Assembly: GCA_049515535.1 (NCBI GenBank)
Contig: JBEKTZ010000006.1
Coordinates: forward strand, 124,001 to 188,000
From: Candidatus Aminicenantales bacterium
GTDB taxonomy: Bacteria; Acidobacteriota; Aminicenantia; Aminicenantales; UBA4085
Length of the DNA: 64,000 nt
Direction of reading: 5' to 3'
A model generated the notes under the pieces. The model was not told the origin of the DNA and did not search any database. It saw only the letters and a program-made list of their open reading frames with translations. This document shows positions 19,629 through 29,139 of this stretch, piece after piece. Within the stretch, counting starts at the first letter, position 1. Each line of letters begins with the position of its first letter. A program made the position numbers and the translations under genes.

Positions 19629-20015
19629 TTGCAGACTTACGGCAAGATCGATAGTAAATTCCGATTCGTGATCTTGGCTTCGAAGAGGGCGAAGCAGCTC
19701 CTGAGAGGTTCCAAGGCTAAGATCAGAACCAAATCAAAAAACCCGATCCGCATCGCTCAGATCGAGGTCAAAGAGGGCTTGATCGACTACGAAATTCTCC
19801 CATCCAAACATGACATCCCTGTCGAAGTCGAAGAGCAGGTCTTGAGCGTCGACGCGGTCGCCGCGGCCGCCGCAGAGGATCCGGACGAAGCCGGGGGGGA
19901 CGTTGTCGAGGACAAGGAACTCGGCGAAGGCGCAGAGGTCGAAGAAGACGCCGACGGCGATTACGATGAGAATTTGCCGGTCGAAGACGTCGGCGAAGGC
20001 AAAGAAGAGGAATAA
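19629..20015 (+). CDS. rpoZ: RNA polymerase omega subunit with acidic tail
   Basis: IDSKFRFVILASKRAKQL...KNPIRIAQIEV; SD GAGGAG, TTG start. Confidence 0.9.
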   Translation: MQTYGKIDSKFRFVILASKRAKQLLRGSKAKIRTKSKNPIRIAQIEVKEGLIDYEILPSKHDIPVEVEEQVLSVDAVAAAAAEDPDEAGGDVVEDKELGEGAEVEEDADGDYDENLPVEDVGEGKEEE

Positions 20016-20536
20016 GACAGCGATCCCTCTTTTCCCGCGTTTTGCAAAAGCTGGATATAATCCAGCTTGATCCAGTCTTTTTTGGGAATCTTCAGGAGTT
20101 GCGAAAACCGGGCGATCTTTTCCCGCTCACCCTCGAATTCGATGAACAGGCCGGCGGCCGTTTCATCGAGGCAAATCGTGAGCGTTCCTTTCCTGAAAAC
20201 TTCCCGGCGTTTTTCATAGCGGAAGACCTCCACGAACCCAAGGGCCTTCAGGATTTTCCGGGCGTGCCGGGGATTCTTGATCTCGGTCTCGTACTCCTCA
20301 CGGATTTTATACTTCCGGGATTTCCGCGGCTCTCCCTTGAACGTCAGGAACGCTTTCTTGCCGGCCGTTCTCAACCGGAGCGCGTGGCGCTTCTTGAAAA
20401 GCGCGCGATTTTGAAAATCATAGAGGACGTTCATTTCGTGATACGGTCCTTGAGCCTCGACGGCGCCCAGGGTTAGAATCCGGCTCCGGACGGGGCCGAG
20501 GTCGGACACGCGAACTTTGACTTCGATCTCGAGCAC
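19961..20536 (-). CDS. cyaB: CYTH-domain protein (class IV adenylate cyclase family)
   Basis: EIEVK, LRLR, LTFKG, REEYET, YEKRRE, FIEFEG. Confidence 0.85.
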   Translation of the reverse strand: MLEIEVKVRVSDLGPVRSRILTLGAVEAQGPYHEMNVLYDFQNRALFKKRHALRLRTAGKKAFLTFKGEPRKSRKYKIREEYETEIKNPRHARKILKALGFVEVFRYEKRREVFRKGTLTICLDETAAGLFIEFEGEREKIARFSQLLKIPKKDWIKLDYIQLLQNAGKEGSLSYSSSLPSPTSSTGKFSS

Positions 20537-20537
20537 G

Positions 20538-21533
20538 CTATGTCTTTCTCCGCAGGATCAGATCGACCATGCGGACAAGGGATTCGCGGGGCGCGGACGC
20601 AGGGAAGGCCGCGAGAGCGTTTTTGGCTTTTTGAGCGAACACAACCGCCTGGTTGAAGGAATAATCCAAAGCGCCCGCGGAATCGATCAAGCCGAGGATC
20701 CGCTTGACGGCTTTCCGGTCCGCCGTTCTGTTCTTGATGAGACCAAGGAGTTCGTCGCGGGCGTCGCCCTTGGCCAGGCGCAAAGCGTGGATGAGCGGCA
20801 GGGTGACGCGCCCTTCACGGAGGTCGGCGAGCACGGGCTTTCCGAGCGTCGCGGCGTCGCCCGTATAATCAAGCAGATCGTCCACGATCTGGAAAGACAG
20901 CCCCAGGTTTTGGCCGAATTCCCTGAGTTTTTGCGTCTCCCGGGGCGCGGTCCCGGCGAGCCATCCACCGATCTGGCATGCGGCGGAAAAAAGCCGCGCT
21001 GTCTTTTTATCGAGGATCTCGAGATAGCGCTCTTCGGTCAAGCCGGGATCGCCGCTCATGGAATATTCAAGAAGCTCGCCTTCGATCATCCGGGCGGTGA
21101 CGTCGGCCAGCAGATCGATGATGTCCTGCTTCCTCGTCTTGAGGGCCAGAGTGACCGATTGGATATAGAGGAAGTCCCCGAGAAGCACGGTAATGTTGGG
21201 GCCCCAGCGGGCGTGGACCGTGTCCCGACCGCGGCGGAGATGAGAGTTGTCGATGATATCGTCGTGGATCAAACTCGCCGTATGGATGATCTCGACGAGC
21301 GCCGCCCAGAAGATGTGATGGGGTCCTTTGTAACCGCAGAGCTTTGAGCAGAGGATCAAGAGGGCCGGCCGGATGCGCTTGCCGCTTTTTTCAAACAGGT
21401 AACCATGGATTTCGGCGATGAGCGGATTCGGAGAGCTTCCGATCTTCTTCAGTTGGCGTTCGACCGCGTCCAAGTCGCGATGAAGACCTTTGGAGATGTC
21501 GATCAAGGGGTCGGGCTTCGATGCGGCTGTCAT
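20538..21533 (-). CDS. Polyprenyl diphosphate synthase
   Basis: GKRIRP, SLIHDDIID...RRG, KTA, FQIVDDLLD. Confidence 0.93.
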   Translation of the reverse strand: MTAASKPDPLIDISKGLHRDLDAVERQLKKIGSSPNPLIAEIHGYLFEKSGKRIRPALLILCSKLCGYKGPHHIFWAALVEIIHTASLIHDDIIDNSHLRRGRDTVHARWGPNITVLLGDFLYIQSVTLALKTRKQDIIDLLADVTARMIEGELLEYSMSGDPGLTEERYLEILDKKTARLFSAACQIGGWLAGTAPRETQKLREFGQNLGLSFQIVDDLLDYTGDAATLGKPVLADLREGRVTLPLIHALRLAKGDARDELLGLIKNRTADRKAVKRILGLIDSAGALDYSFNQAVVFAQKAKNALAAFPASAPRESLVRMVDLILRRKT

Positions 21534-21542
21534 GGCCCGCTT

Positions 21543-21571
21543 ATCTTAGCATTGAAGATTCATTTTTTCAA
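21543..21571 (-). promoter_or_regulatory. Sigma70 promoter 9 nt upstream of the polyprenyl synthase ATG
   Basis: TTGAAA-17 bp-TAAGAT with TG extension; no SD before ATG 21533. Confidence 0.55.
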
Positions 21572-21615
21572 ACTTGAAAAAAGCCGGCGGCGCGTTCCGG
21601 CCGGTGACCTTCTTG

Positions 21616-22404
21616 TCATGTATCGATATGGAAGAGCGAGCGAAAATTCCCAAGGATTTCTTCCGAGATCTTTTCAAAGGATGTATCCCTGATCTGGGCC
21701 ATGAGCTTGGCCGTTTCGACCACGAACGCAGGCTCGTTCCTCTTGCCGCGATGGGGCACCGGCGCCAGGTAAGGGGCGTCCGTTTCGACCAGGATCCGGT
21801 CCGCCGGAACTTTTCTCGCGACCTCGCGCAGGTCCCCGGACTTGGGAAACGTGACGAGGCCCGAGAAGGAGATGTAGAAACCGGCGTCCAGAGCCGTTTT
21901 CGCGAAGTCCCAATCCTCGGTGAAGCAGTGGAGGATGCCGCCGTTCGAGAACCCTTCTTCGCGGATGACCCGGGCGATCTCGGGGCCGGCGTTCCGGCTG
22001 TGGATGATCGCCGGAAGCCCGAGTTCCTGGGCCAGCGCCAGTTGCTCGCGAAAAGCTTTTTTCTGCTCGTCCGGCGAGGCGAAGTCGTAATGGAAATCGA
22101 GTCCGATCTCGCCGATCGCGATGATTTTATTGCGTTCGGCCAGGCCCCGGACCGCGGCGATGAGATCCGGCGCGAAAAGCCTGGCCTGGTGAGGATGGAG
22201 CCCGGCCGCGGCATGGATCATCGCGAATGCGGCCGTCAGATCCTGCGTGATCCGGATGCTCCGTTCGCTCGAAATGTCGAGGGGGCAGAGAAGATGATCG
22301 AGGCCCGCTTCGAACGCCCTCCGGACGACGTCGTCGCGGTCGGGGTCGAATTCCTCCATGTCGAGATGGGCGTGGGAATCGACGAGGCGGACGGGAGCGA
22401 TCAT
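21616..22404 (-). CDS. tatD: TatD family hydrolase
   Basis: DSHAHLD, GLHPH, IGEIGLD, IIHSR, LHCF, ETDAPYL. Confidence 0.93.
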   Translation of the reverse strand: MIAPVRLVDSHAHLDMEEFDPDRDDVVRRAFEAGLDHLLCPLDISSERSIRITQDLTAAFAMIHAAAGLHPHQARLFAPDLIAAVRGLAERNKIIAIGEIGLDFHYDFASPDEQKKAFREQLALAQELGLPAIIHSRNAGPEIARVIREEGFSNGGILHCFTEDWDFAKTALDAGFYISFSGLVTFPKSGDLREVARKVPADRILVETDAPYLAPVPHRGKRNEPAFVVETAKLMAQIRDTSFEKISEEILGNFRSLFHIDT

Positions 22405-22414
22405 GGGGCTATCC

Positions 22415-22464
22415 AAAAAAATCCCCCCGGTCTCCCTTTCGCGAAGGGAGACCCGAGGGGATTT
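22415..22464 (-). terminator. Intrinsic terminator after the DUF885 gene
   Basis: Long GC stem (ATCCCC..GGTCTCCCTT/AAGGGAGACC..GGGGAT) followed by T7 on the minus strand. Confidence 0.7.
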
Positions 22465-22477
22465 CGTCTCACTTGAA

Positions 22478-24244
22478 TTACTGCGCGATCTTCGTCTTCA
22501 GGATCCGCAGCGGCAGCGGGCCGTAGCTGACCAGCTTCTTGAGGAATTCCTTCTGGCTGAAGGCCGTGCCCTTGGCCAGCTTGGAATCCTTTTCCATGTC
22601 CAGGATTTCCTGGTATCCGAAGTAGGCATAGGCCGCGTCGGCGGGATGGAGGATGATCTGGTTCCACTTCCGTTCGGCTTCCGCCTGCGTCTGGAATCCG
22701 TTAACCGTCATCAGCTTGATGGCTTGTTCTTTCGTGTAGCTGCCCTCGTGGACGTTCACGTCGAGCTGGAAATCCATCAACGTCTGGAGTTTCAATTTGA
22801 GCTCCATCAGGCGTTGCTTGAGGTCGTAATTGTTGAATCCGGCGAAGATGAACATGTCCTGAGCGTAGATAGGCCAGCCCTTGAGCAGGGCTTTGTTGGG
22901 ATAGAGTTTCCGGATCAGAGAAGCGCTTTTATGGGTGAACGCGGCTGGGAAAAAGCTGCCCGGGTAGACTTTTTCAATCGTCCAAACGGGGAGGAGGTAA
23001 TTGGTATATTCGTCCATGAACGCCTGCGCTTGATCGGCGTTCAGGCTATCTGGATACGGATTGATCTGCAGGGTATAAGAGCCCGCCGGTTCATAGGGAT
23101 TCGGCGTGATGAGCCTCGTCAGTTTCGCGTCGCGGTCCAAGGCGGGCATGAGATCGATATCGAGCGTTTCTTCCGGCACGTCGAGGAGTCCCGTCTTGGC
23201 GATGAAGGCTTTGACATCGTCGGCCGAAGATTTGATTTTGTTGAACCAATCTTCTTTGGCCGGCTGCGCGCTCTTGATCTTGTTCAAGACGTGCGATACA
23301 ACGTTATTGATGAGCCCGTCCCCGCTCAGATTGGCCGGCGGATGTTCGATATCGAAAACCGGGTCCATGATCTTATAATAGGAGAAACAGACCTTGAACA
23401 TCTCGTTGCGGATGTTCGTCGTATCGGCCTTGGCCCGGGCGCCCAGCTCGTTCAACATCAGCGATCCGCCGATCGTCAACTGCAGCATCCGCTGATGAAC
23501 TTCCCCGAGCCGGAAATTGCCGGTGGATCTCGCCAGGAGATCTCCCTGGAGGAACCTCTGGTAATCCTCGAGGGCCGCGATGGCCTTGATGAGTTCCCCT
23601 TGGAATTTGGTCCTGGCCTCGGGACCGGCTTTTTCGATCAGCTTGGGGATTTCGATCTTGTAGAAGTCCAGGATGGCGGGAAACTGCTTGATAGCCGCTT
23701 CCGTATATTCCTTGGGAGGCGTCTTGAGTTCCGTTTTGGCTTGTTTGACGAACCCGGGGAGGGCCTTGGCCCGTTCCGTGGCGCTCTTCAACCTCGCGTC
23801 GATGGGGGCGAATTCCTTGACTAGAAGGCTCCGGAGGCTCTGAAGAATGATATCGTTATAGAAAAGCGGGTTGAGCTGCGTCGGCGCGATTTTCTCCAGC
23901 TTGAGGATATCCAGATCCAGGGCGTCACGGAAGAGATCCAGGTCGATCTGCAATTCCGGGCTGAGCTTGTCCCTGACGATCTTGTTGACCAGTTCCGCGT
24001 TCACCTTGTCCATCTCCCCGAGATGCTTCTCGAGCGATGACTCGGCGAGATCCTCGAGCTTGTCGTTGTATTTGTAAAATCCCGCCTGCGTCGCGGCCGT
24101 CGGATAAAATCTCCAATATGTGTCCAGGAACGTTTCCAGCTGTTTATTGAACTTGACGTCCTCCGGGTTCTGCTGCGAGAGCAGCCAGCCGAAGCTCAGC
24201 AGCAAAAAGGCGCTGAGCATGACCGGAATGAGCTTTTTCCTCAT
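22478..24244 (-). CDS. Secreted DUF885 family protein with degenerate metal-binding motif
   Basis: Signal peptide, PTAATQAGFYKYNDKL, C-terminal YFGYQEI...FLKKLVSYGPLP; strong SD GGAGGAGG. Confidence 0.8.
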   Translation of the reverse strand: MRKKLIPVMLSAFLLLSFGWLLSQQNPEDVKFNKQLETFLDTYWRFYPTAATQAGFYKYNDKLEDLAESSLEKHLGEMDKVNAELVNKIVRDKLSPELQIDLDLFRDALDLDILKLEKIAPTQLNPLFYNDIILQSLRSLLVKEFAPIDARLKSATERAKALPGFVKQAKTELKTPPKEYTEAAIKQFPAILDFYKIEIPKLIEKAGPEARTKFQGELIKAIAALEDYQRFLQGDLLARSTGNFRLGEVHQRMLQLTIGGSLMLNELGARAKADTTNIRNEMFKVCFSYYKIMDPVFDIEHPPANLSGDGLINNVVSHVLNKIKSAQPAKEDWFNKIKSSADDVKAFIAKTGLLDVPEETLDIDLMPALDRDAKLTRLITPNPYEPAGSYTLQINPYPDSLNADQAQAFMDEYTNYLLPVWTIEKVYPGSFFPAAFTHKSASLIRKLYPNKALLKGWPIYAQDMFIFAGFNNYDLKQRLMELKLKLQTLMDFQLDVNVHEGSYTKEQAIKLMTVNGFQTQAEAERKWNQIILHPADAAYAYFGYQEILDMEKDSKLAKGTAFSQKEFLKKLVSYGPLPLRILKTKIAQ

Positions 24245-24415
24245 GACCTCCTCCTCTTCCTTTTGTAAAGCAATTTTATATCGGATGGCTTGATTGAATT
24301 CCGAATCCTAGCATACATTTCTCAACAAATGCAATTCCCCGGGGGAAAAAACTTCGGCTTCCAAATCTCGAGACGATTCGGGCCTGTCATGTCCTTTTCC
24401 TGCAATGAATAATAG

Positions 24416-24432
24416 AGCAATATTTGTGCCAA
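24416..24432 (-). promoter_or_regulatory. Sigma-54 (-24/-12) promoter
   Basis: Minus strand TTGGCACAAATATTGCT matches TGGCAC-N5-TTGC. Confidence 0.7.
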
Positions 24433-24471
24433 AAATATGGTTGTGTCGATCCATGGTTTGCGCATGGAAGT

Positions 24472-25473
24472 TTACCACCGGATCAGAGCCGAAGCCCAGG
24501 TGAAACCCGATCCGAAAGACGTCAGGATGACGCAATCGCCCTTCTTCAGCCGACCGTCGCGGACCGCTTCGTCCAGGGCGATGGGGATGGAGGCGGCCGT
24601 GGTGTTCCCGAAGCGGTCGATGTTACGGGCGACCTTTTCGAGGGGGATTTGGAGTTTCCGGGCGACCATCTGCGAGATGCGGTCGTTGGCCTGGTGCGGG
24701 ATGAGAAGATCCACGTCGGCGATGGTCAGTCCGTTTTGCCGGAGGGCGGCCATGACCGCTTCCGGCATGCGTTCGGAGGCGTTCTTGAAGACGTTTTTCC
24801 CGTCCATGCGGGGAAAGAACCCGCCTTGCTCGAAAATCTCCGGGGCGAACGTCGGTTTCCGCGCTGAGTTGGGATGCTCCATCCAGAGGTCCCGGATGAA
24901 GCGTCCGTCGGAGTAGAGATGCGTCGAAAGGACGCCCCGGCCGTCGTCGGCCGAGTTCGGCTCGAGAATCACAGCCGCGCCGCCGTCGCCGAATAGGACG
25001 GCCATGTCCCGGCCTTCGTCTGAATAATCCAGGTTGTGCGATTGGACCTCCGCGGCGCAGACGAGGATCTTTTTATACGTGCCGGCCCGGATATATTGAT
25101 CGGCGGCGGACAGCGCGTAAATGAAGCCGCTGCACTGATTGCGAACGTCGAGGGCTCCGATGTGCGACAGTTCGAGCTTCGCCTGGATCATGACCCCGAT
25201 GCCGGGGAAATAGTGGTCGGGAGAGATCGTTGCCGCGACGATGAAATCGATCTCCGACTTGTCGATCCCCGCGTTTTCGATCGCGAGCTTGGCGGCTTCG
25301 ACGCCCAGATCCGAGCTGCCGACGCCGGCCTCGGCGTAATGGCGCGTTTGGATGCCGGACCGCTGTTGAATCCATTCGTCCGTCGTATTCATGACTTTTT
25401 CCAGGTCGAAATTAGTGACGACCTTGGGAGGGACATAATGACCCGTGCCGGTAATGATGCTTCGCATATTCAT
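24472..25473 (-). CDS. fabH: 3-oxoacyl-ACP synthase III
   Basis: TTDEWIQQRSGI, NQCSGF, LFGDGG, PHQAN, GNTTAASIP, FGSGFTW. Confidence 0.95.
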   Translation of the reverse strand: MNMRSIITGTGHYVPPKVVTNFDLEKVMNTTDEWIQQRSGIQTRHYAEAGVGSSDLGVEAAKLAIENAGIDKSEIDFIVAATISPDHYFPGIGVMIQAKLELSHIGALDVRNQCSGFIYALSAADQYIRAGTYKKILVCAAEVQSHNLDYSDEGRDMAVLFGDGGAAVILEPNSADDGRGVLSTHLYSDGRFIRDLWMEHPNSARKPTFAPEIFEQGGFFPRMDGKNVFKNASERMPEAVMAALRQNGLTIADVDLLIPHQANDRISQMVARKLQIPLEKVARNIDRFGNTTAASIPIALDEAVRDGRLKKGDCVILTSFGSGFTWASALIRW

Positions 25474-25584
25474 GAGCACCGCCTTTGCATGCCGCTCATT
25501 ATAATCAAGCCCTTTGGAAAAAGAAAGAAAAAAGGAAAAGGGGACCTTGACTTCACGCGGAAATCGCGCCTAAACTGGTTTCCC

Positions 25585-26079
25585 ATGAACCCGGGACGCA
25601 AGTTGACGAGGACGAACACGTTCCTTGGCCTCGGCCTGGGACTTTTTCTCTGGTCGGGAACCTTCGTTTTTTCCCAACAAGACCTGATCAGGGTCGAGGC
25701 GAGCATCAGCCCGTTGAGGGTCCCCCGGGGAGGGGAAGGCAAAGTCGTCCTCAAAATCAGCGTCAAACAGGGGATTACGATCAATTCCCAGCCTTCGTTC
25801 ATCATCGAGTTCGGACCGGGCGAGGAGCTCGTTTTTCCCAAAAATTTCTTCACCGCTTCGGATCTCAATATCGAGGTGGTGGAGGAGAACGGGAAGGAAC
25901 GGCTGAATTTGAAAAAGCCGGTCGAAATCCGCTTCACGGTCAACCCGAAAGCGAAGAGGGGAGTCTATGTCCTTGAGGGCAAGATCAAATATTTCGCTAC
26001 ATCCTCGAAGGAAGGCTGGTGTCTCAAGAGCGCGACCAAATTCTCGGCGCGTGCCCTGATCTCCGCGAGAATCTCCTAA
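25585..26079 (+). CDS. Exported hypothetical protein, DsbD-N-like Ig fold
   Basis: Signal peptide, beta-sandwich, KIKYFATS..EGWC; TTGACT-18-TAAACT 8 nt before ATG 25585. Confidence 0.6.
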   Translation: MNPGRKLTRTNTFLGLGLGLFLWSGTFVFSQQDLIRVEASISPLRVPRGGEGKVVLKISVKQGITINSQPSFIIEFGPGEELVFPKNFFTASDLNIEVVEENGKERLNLKKPVEIRFTVNPKAKRGVYVLEGKIKYFATSSKEGWCLKSATKFSARALISARIS

Positions 26080-27044
26080 AGCCAACCGTTGTCCCGGTAC
26101 CAGCGGATCGTCTCATATACGCCGTCATCCAGGGTGTATTCCGTCACGAAGGCTAAGCGTTCACGGGACTTTTGGACATCGGCCACCCAGCTCTGCTGTC
26201 TGTAATCGCGGTATTTATTCCGGTTGACGGCGGTCGGCCTGCGGCGGAGGCGCGAAGAAAATTCCGAGACCAGGGCTGTTCCAAAAACGGCGAGCATGGG
26301 AACGATGACGCGCCGGGGAGTGGTTCCGAGAGCCTCCGCGGCGGCCTGGCCGATGTCTTCGAAAGACCGGGGGATCGAATCCGCGATGTTCAGTATTTCT
26401 CCACTCGCCAGATCGGCGCCGGCGGCCATCTCGAGCGCCCGCGCAAGGTCTTTCACGTAACATAAGCTGAACAATTTTTTTTTGAGTCCCAACGACGGCA
26501 AAAGACCGCGTCGCACGTATTTGAAATAATTCAGGAAATCGGCATCCCTGGGGCCATAGACCGCGCCCACCCTGAGAATCGTCAAGGGAAAACGGTCTTT
26601 TCGGGCCAGAGCTTCCGCTTCGCCGAGAAGCTTGCTTTTTCCATAAGGCGTCACGGGCTCCGGGGAATCGTTTTCCTTGCGGTCTCGCCCCTCCCAAGAG
26701 GGACCTCCCGCGGCGAGGCTGGAGAGATAAATCACCTTCGGCGAAAGGCCTCGCTTGGCCAGCGCGTCGAAAAGACTTGCCGACCCGCGCTGGTTTACAT
26801 TATAATAATCCTCTGATTTCAGGGCTTTGGTCATTCCCGCGAGATGGAAGACGGCATCCAGGCCGGACGGCAACTCCGGGATGTTGAGAAGATCGCCCTT
26901 GAGAAGATGGACGTCGGTTCCCTCGAGGAACCTGATCCGGCTTGGATTCCGGACAAGGGCGAAAATCTCGGCGTCGTGGGCCCGGAGGCGTTCGACGAGA
27001 TGGCTTCCGATAAAGCCCGTGCCGCCGGTTATCAGGACTTTCAT
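26076..27044 (-). CDS. NAD-dependent epimerase/dehydratase
   Basis: GGTGFIG, HLAG, YGKSK, VYGPRD. Confidence 0.9.
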   Translation of the reverse strand: MKVLITGGTGFIGSHLVERLRAHDAEIFALVRNPSRIRFLEGTDVHLLKGDLLNIPELPSGLDAVFHLAGMTKALKSEDYYNVNQRGSASLFDALAKRGLSPKVIYLSSLAAGGPSWEGRDRKENDSPEPVTPYGKSKLLGEAEALARKDRFPLTILRVGAVYGPRDADFLNYFKYVRRGLLPSLGLKKKLFSLCYVKDLARALEMAAGADLASGEILNIADSIPRSFEDIGQAAAEALGTTPRRVIVPMLAVFGTALVSEFSSRLRRRPTAVNRNKYRDYRQQSWVADVQKSRERLAFVTEYTLDDGVYETIRWYRDNGWL

Positions 27045-27244
27045 GATAGGCGTTTCATTGTATGAGAATCACGGCGGGCGGTCAAACGAGACCCGTGAGA
27101 TCCGCGACCGGACAACGGGAATCCACTCCCAAGGAGGGAGTTCATGGATCGTTTTGGCAAGGGTTGCGCTTTCACTCGGGCCGAAGACATCATGACCGTC
27201 CCGAAGAACCGGGCTTCGATCAGGTTGAACCCCAGGATAAGATA

Positions 27245-29104
27245 TTGAAGAAGACCCAAGATCCCGACGCGATATCAGGCCGTTTCCACGGATTCCCCCG
27301 GCCGTTTTTTAGGACGGTCGCCGGCTTTTGCTTGACGTTGTCTTTCGCCGCAGCCCAAACGACGATCATGCCCCTGGACCAGGTGAAAGCCGGGCAGAGG
27401 GGGAAAGGCCGGACGGTCTTCGAAGAGAACAAGATAGAGGAATTCGACGCGGAAATCCTCGGCGTCCTGAAAAACACCAGCCCCAAGAGAAACATCATCA
27501 TCGCCCGGCTCAAGGGCAAGAACTTGGAAAATACCGGCGTCATCGCCGGCATGAGCGGCAGCCCGGTTTATATCGACGGCAAGCTCATCGGCGCCGTGGC
27601 TTTGGGCTTTCCTTATTCCAAAGAAGCCATCGCCGGGATCACGCCCATCGGCGAGATGATGGGCCTGTACGCGGAGAAAACGGCGCCTGGGAAATCCTTG
27701 GCATCCGGAATTCCCTTCAGGGCTTCGATGACCCTCGATGAGATATTGGATCTCGGAAAGGATGTCGTTCCCGCCAGGGAAAGCTTTATCGCTCAGGGGC
27801 AGGCGCTGGCGCCTCTCAGAGTTCCCCTGGCCTTCTCCGGGTTCTCTCCGCGGGTGATGGATAAGGCCGCTGCTTTCTTTTCCCGGATGGGCTTTTTCCC
27901 GGTGAAATCCGGCAGCGGCGCCCAGTCCCTGGCGAATCCCTCGGCGCAGGACTTCATTCTCCGCGAAGGCGATCCCGTTACTCTTCAACTCGTCAGCGGC
28001 GATTTGGATTTATCGGCGACGGGAACGGTGACCTATGTCGAGGGAAATAAAATCCTGGCGTTCGGCCATCCTCTTTATAATCTGGGAGCCGTGAATTACG
28101 CCATGGCCCGGGCGAAGATCATCACGGTCGTGCCGACGTTGGACAATTCGTTCAAGCTCGCCGAGACGGGAAACACGATCGGGACATTCACCCAGGATCG
28201 GGCATCCGGAGCTCTGGGCGAGATCGGCAAAATGCCCAGCCTCGTTCCCCTCAATATCCGAATCTACGATGGGGCCGATAACCTCAGGGAATTCAAGCTG
28301 CATATCGTCAACGACCCTCTCCTGACGGCCATCCTGGTCAACATGTCGCTTTTGACGCTGCTCGAAAACGAGGTCCGGGCCGAGGAGGATTTGACGCTCG
28401 AGTTCCAGAGCGATATCTATTTGGACAGCGGAGTGAGCGTCCAGAACATCCATTTGGAAGATCTGGCTTCCGGAAATTTCAACGCCCCCGTTCAAGACCT
28501 GGCCGGCCTGCTCACGGCGGTCGTGTTTTTTCTAACCAACAACGAATTCAAGGACGTGGGAATCCATCGCATCGACCTGGCCGTCAAAGCCACGGAACAA
28601 GCGAAATCGGCGAATTTGGAAAGGGTCTGGCTCGATAAATACGAAGCGGCGCCCGGCGAGACCATCACCGTCAAAGTCTATTACCGGACGTTCCGCGGCG
28701 ACGTCTACGTTGAGGAGATCCCTTTCACGGCGCCCAACCTGCCGGCGGGGTCGGAGTTCCAACTCATCATGGGAGATGCGGCCTCGATGCAGCGCGTCGA
28801 AGCAGGGATGTACCGGACGGGAGGGGTCGTCCCGAGGAATCTGAACCAGCTCGTTCGCCTGCTCAACAATCTGCGCAAGAACAACCGCATCTATGTCAAG
28901 ATCATCGCCTCCAAACCGGGGCTGTTTCTCCGGGGAGAGGAAATGCCCAACCTGCCGCCGGCCATGAAATCTCTTTTCGCCTCTCCGCGCGCCGCCGCTA
29001 CGATGCCCATCGAGCTCAGCAGTTCCACCTTGGGCGAGTATCAGATTCCGCTCCGCTATCAATTCAAAGGATCGGCCTCGATTCCTATTAAGATTCGTAA
29101 ATAG
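27245..29104 (+). CDS. SpoIVB-like S55 serine peptidase, exported (start uncertain)
   Basis: GVIAGMSGSPVYIDGKLIGAV, GTVTY...LAFGHP; hydrophobic signal-like stretch before AAAQ. Confidence 0.82.
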   Translation: MKKTQDPDAISGRFHGFPRPFFRTVAGFCLTLSFAAAQTTIMPLDQVKAGQRGKGRTVFEENKIEEFDAEILGVLKNTSPKRNIIIARLKGKNLENTGVIAGMSGSPVYIDGKLIGAVALGFPYSKEAIAGITPIGEMMGLYAEKTAPGKSLASGIPFRASMTLDEILDLGKDVVPARESFIAQGQALAPLRVPLAFSGFSPRVMDKAAAFFSRMGFFPVKSGSGAQSLANPSAQDFILREGDPVTLQLVSGDLDLSATGTVTYVEGNKILAFGHPLYNLGAVNYAMARAKIITVVPTLDNSFKLAETGNTIGTFTQDRASGALGEIGKMPSLVPLNIRIYDGADNLREFKLHIVNDPLLTAILVNMSLLTLLENEVRAEEDLTLEFQSDIYLDSGVSVQNIHLEDLASGNFNAPVQDLAGLLTAVVFFLTNNEFKDVGIHRIDLAVKATEQAKSANLERVWLDKYEAAPGETITVKVYYRTFRGDVYVEEIPFTAPNLPAGSEFQLIMGDAASMQRVEAGMYRTGGVVPRNLNQLVRLLNNLRKNNRIYVKIIASKPGLFLRGEEMPNLPPAMKSLFASPRAAATMPIELSSSTLGEYQIPLRYQFKGSASIPIKIRK

Positions 29105-29139
29105 CTTTGTCCCATGTATTCGGTGTCGGGAGTTAAGGC

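Noticed and set aside
27154..27170. TTGGCAAGGGTTGCGCT as a sigma-54 promoter for the S55 protease
   Set aside because: GG-N10-GC spacing fits, but the -12 element lacks TTGC; too weak to call.
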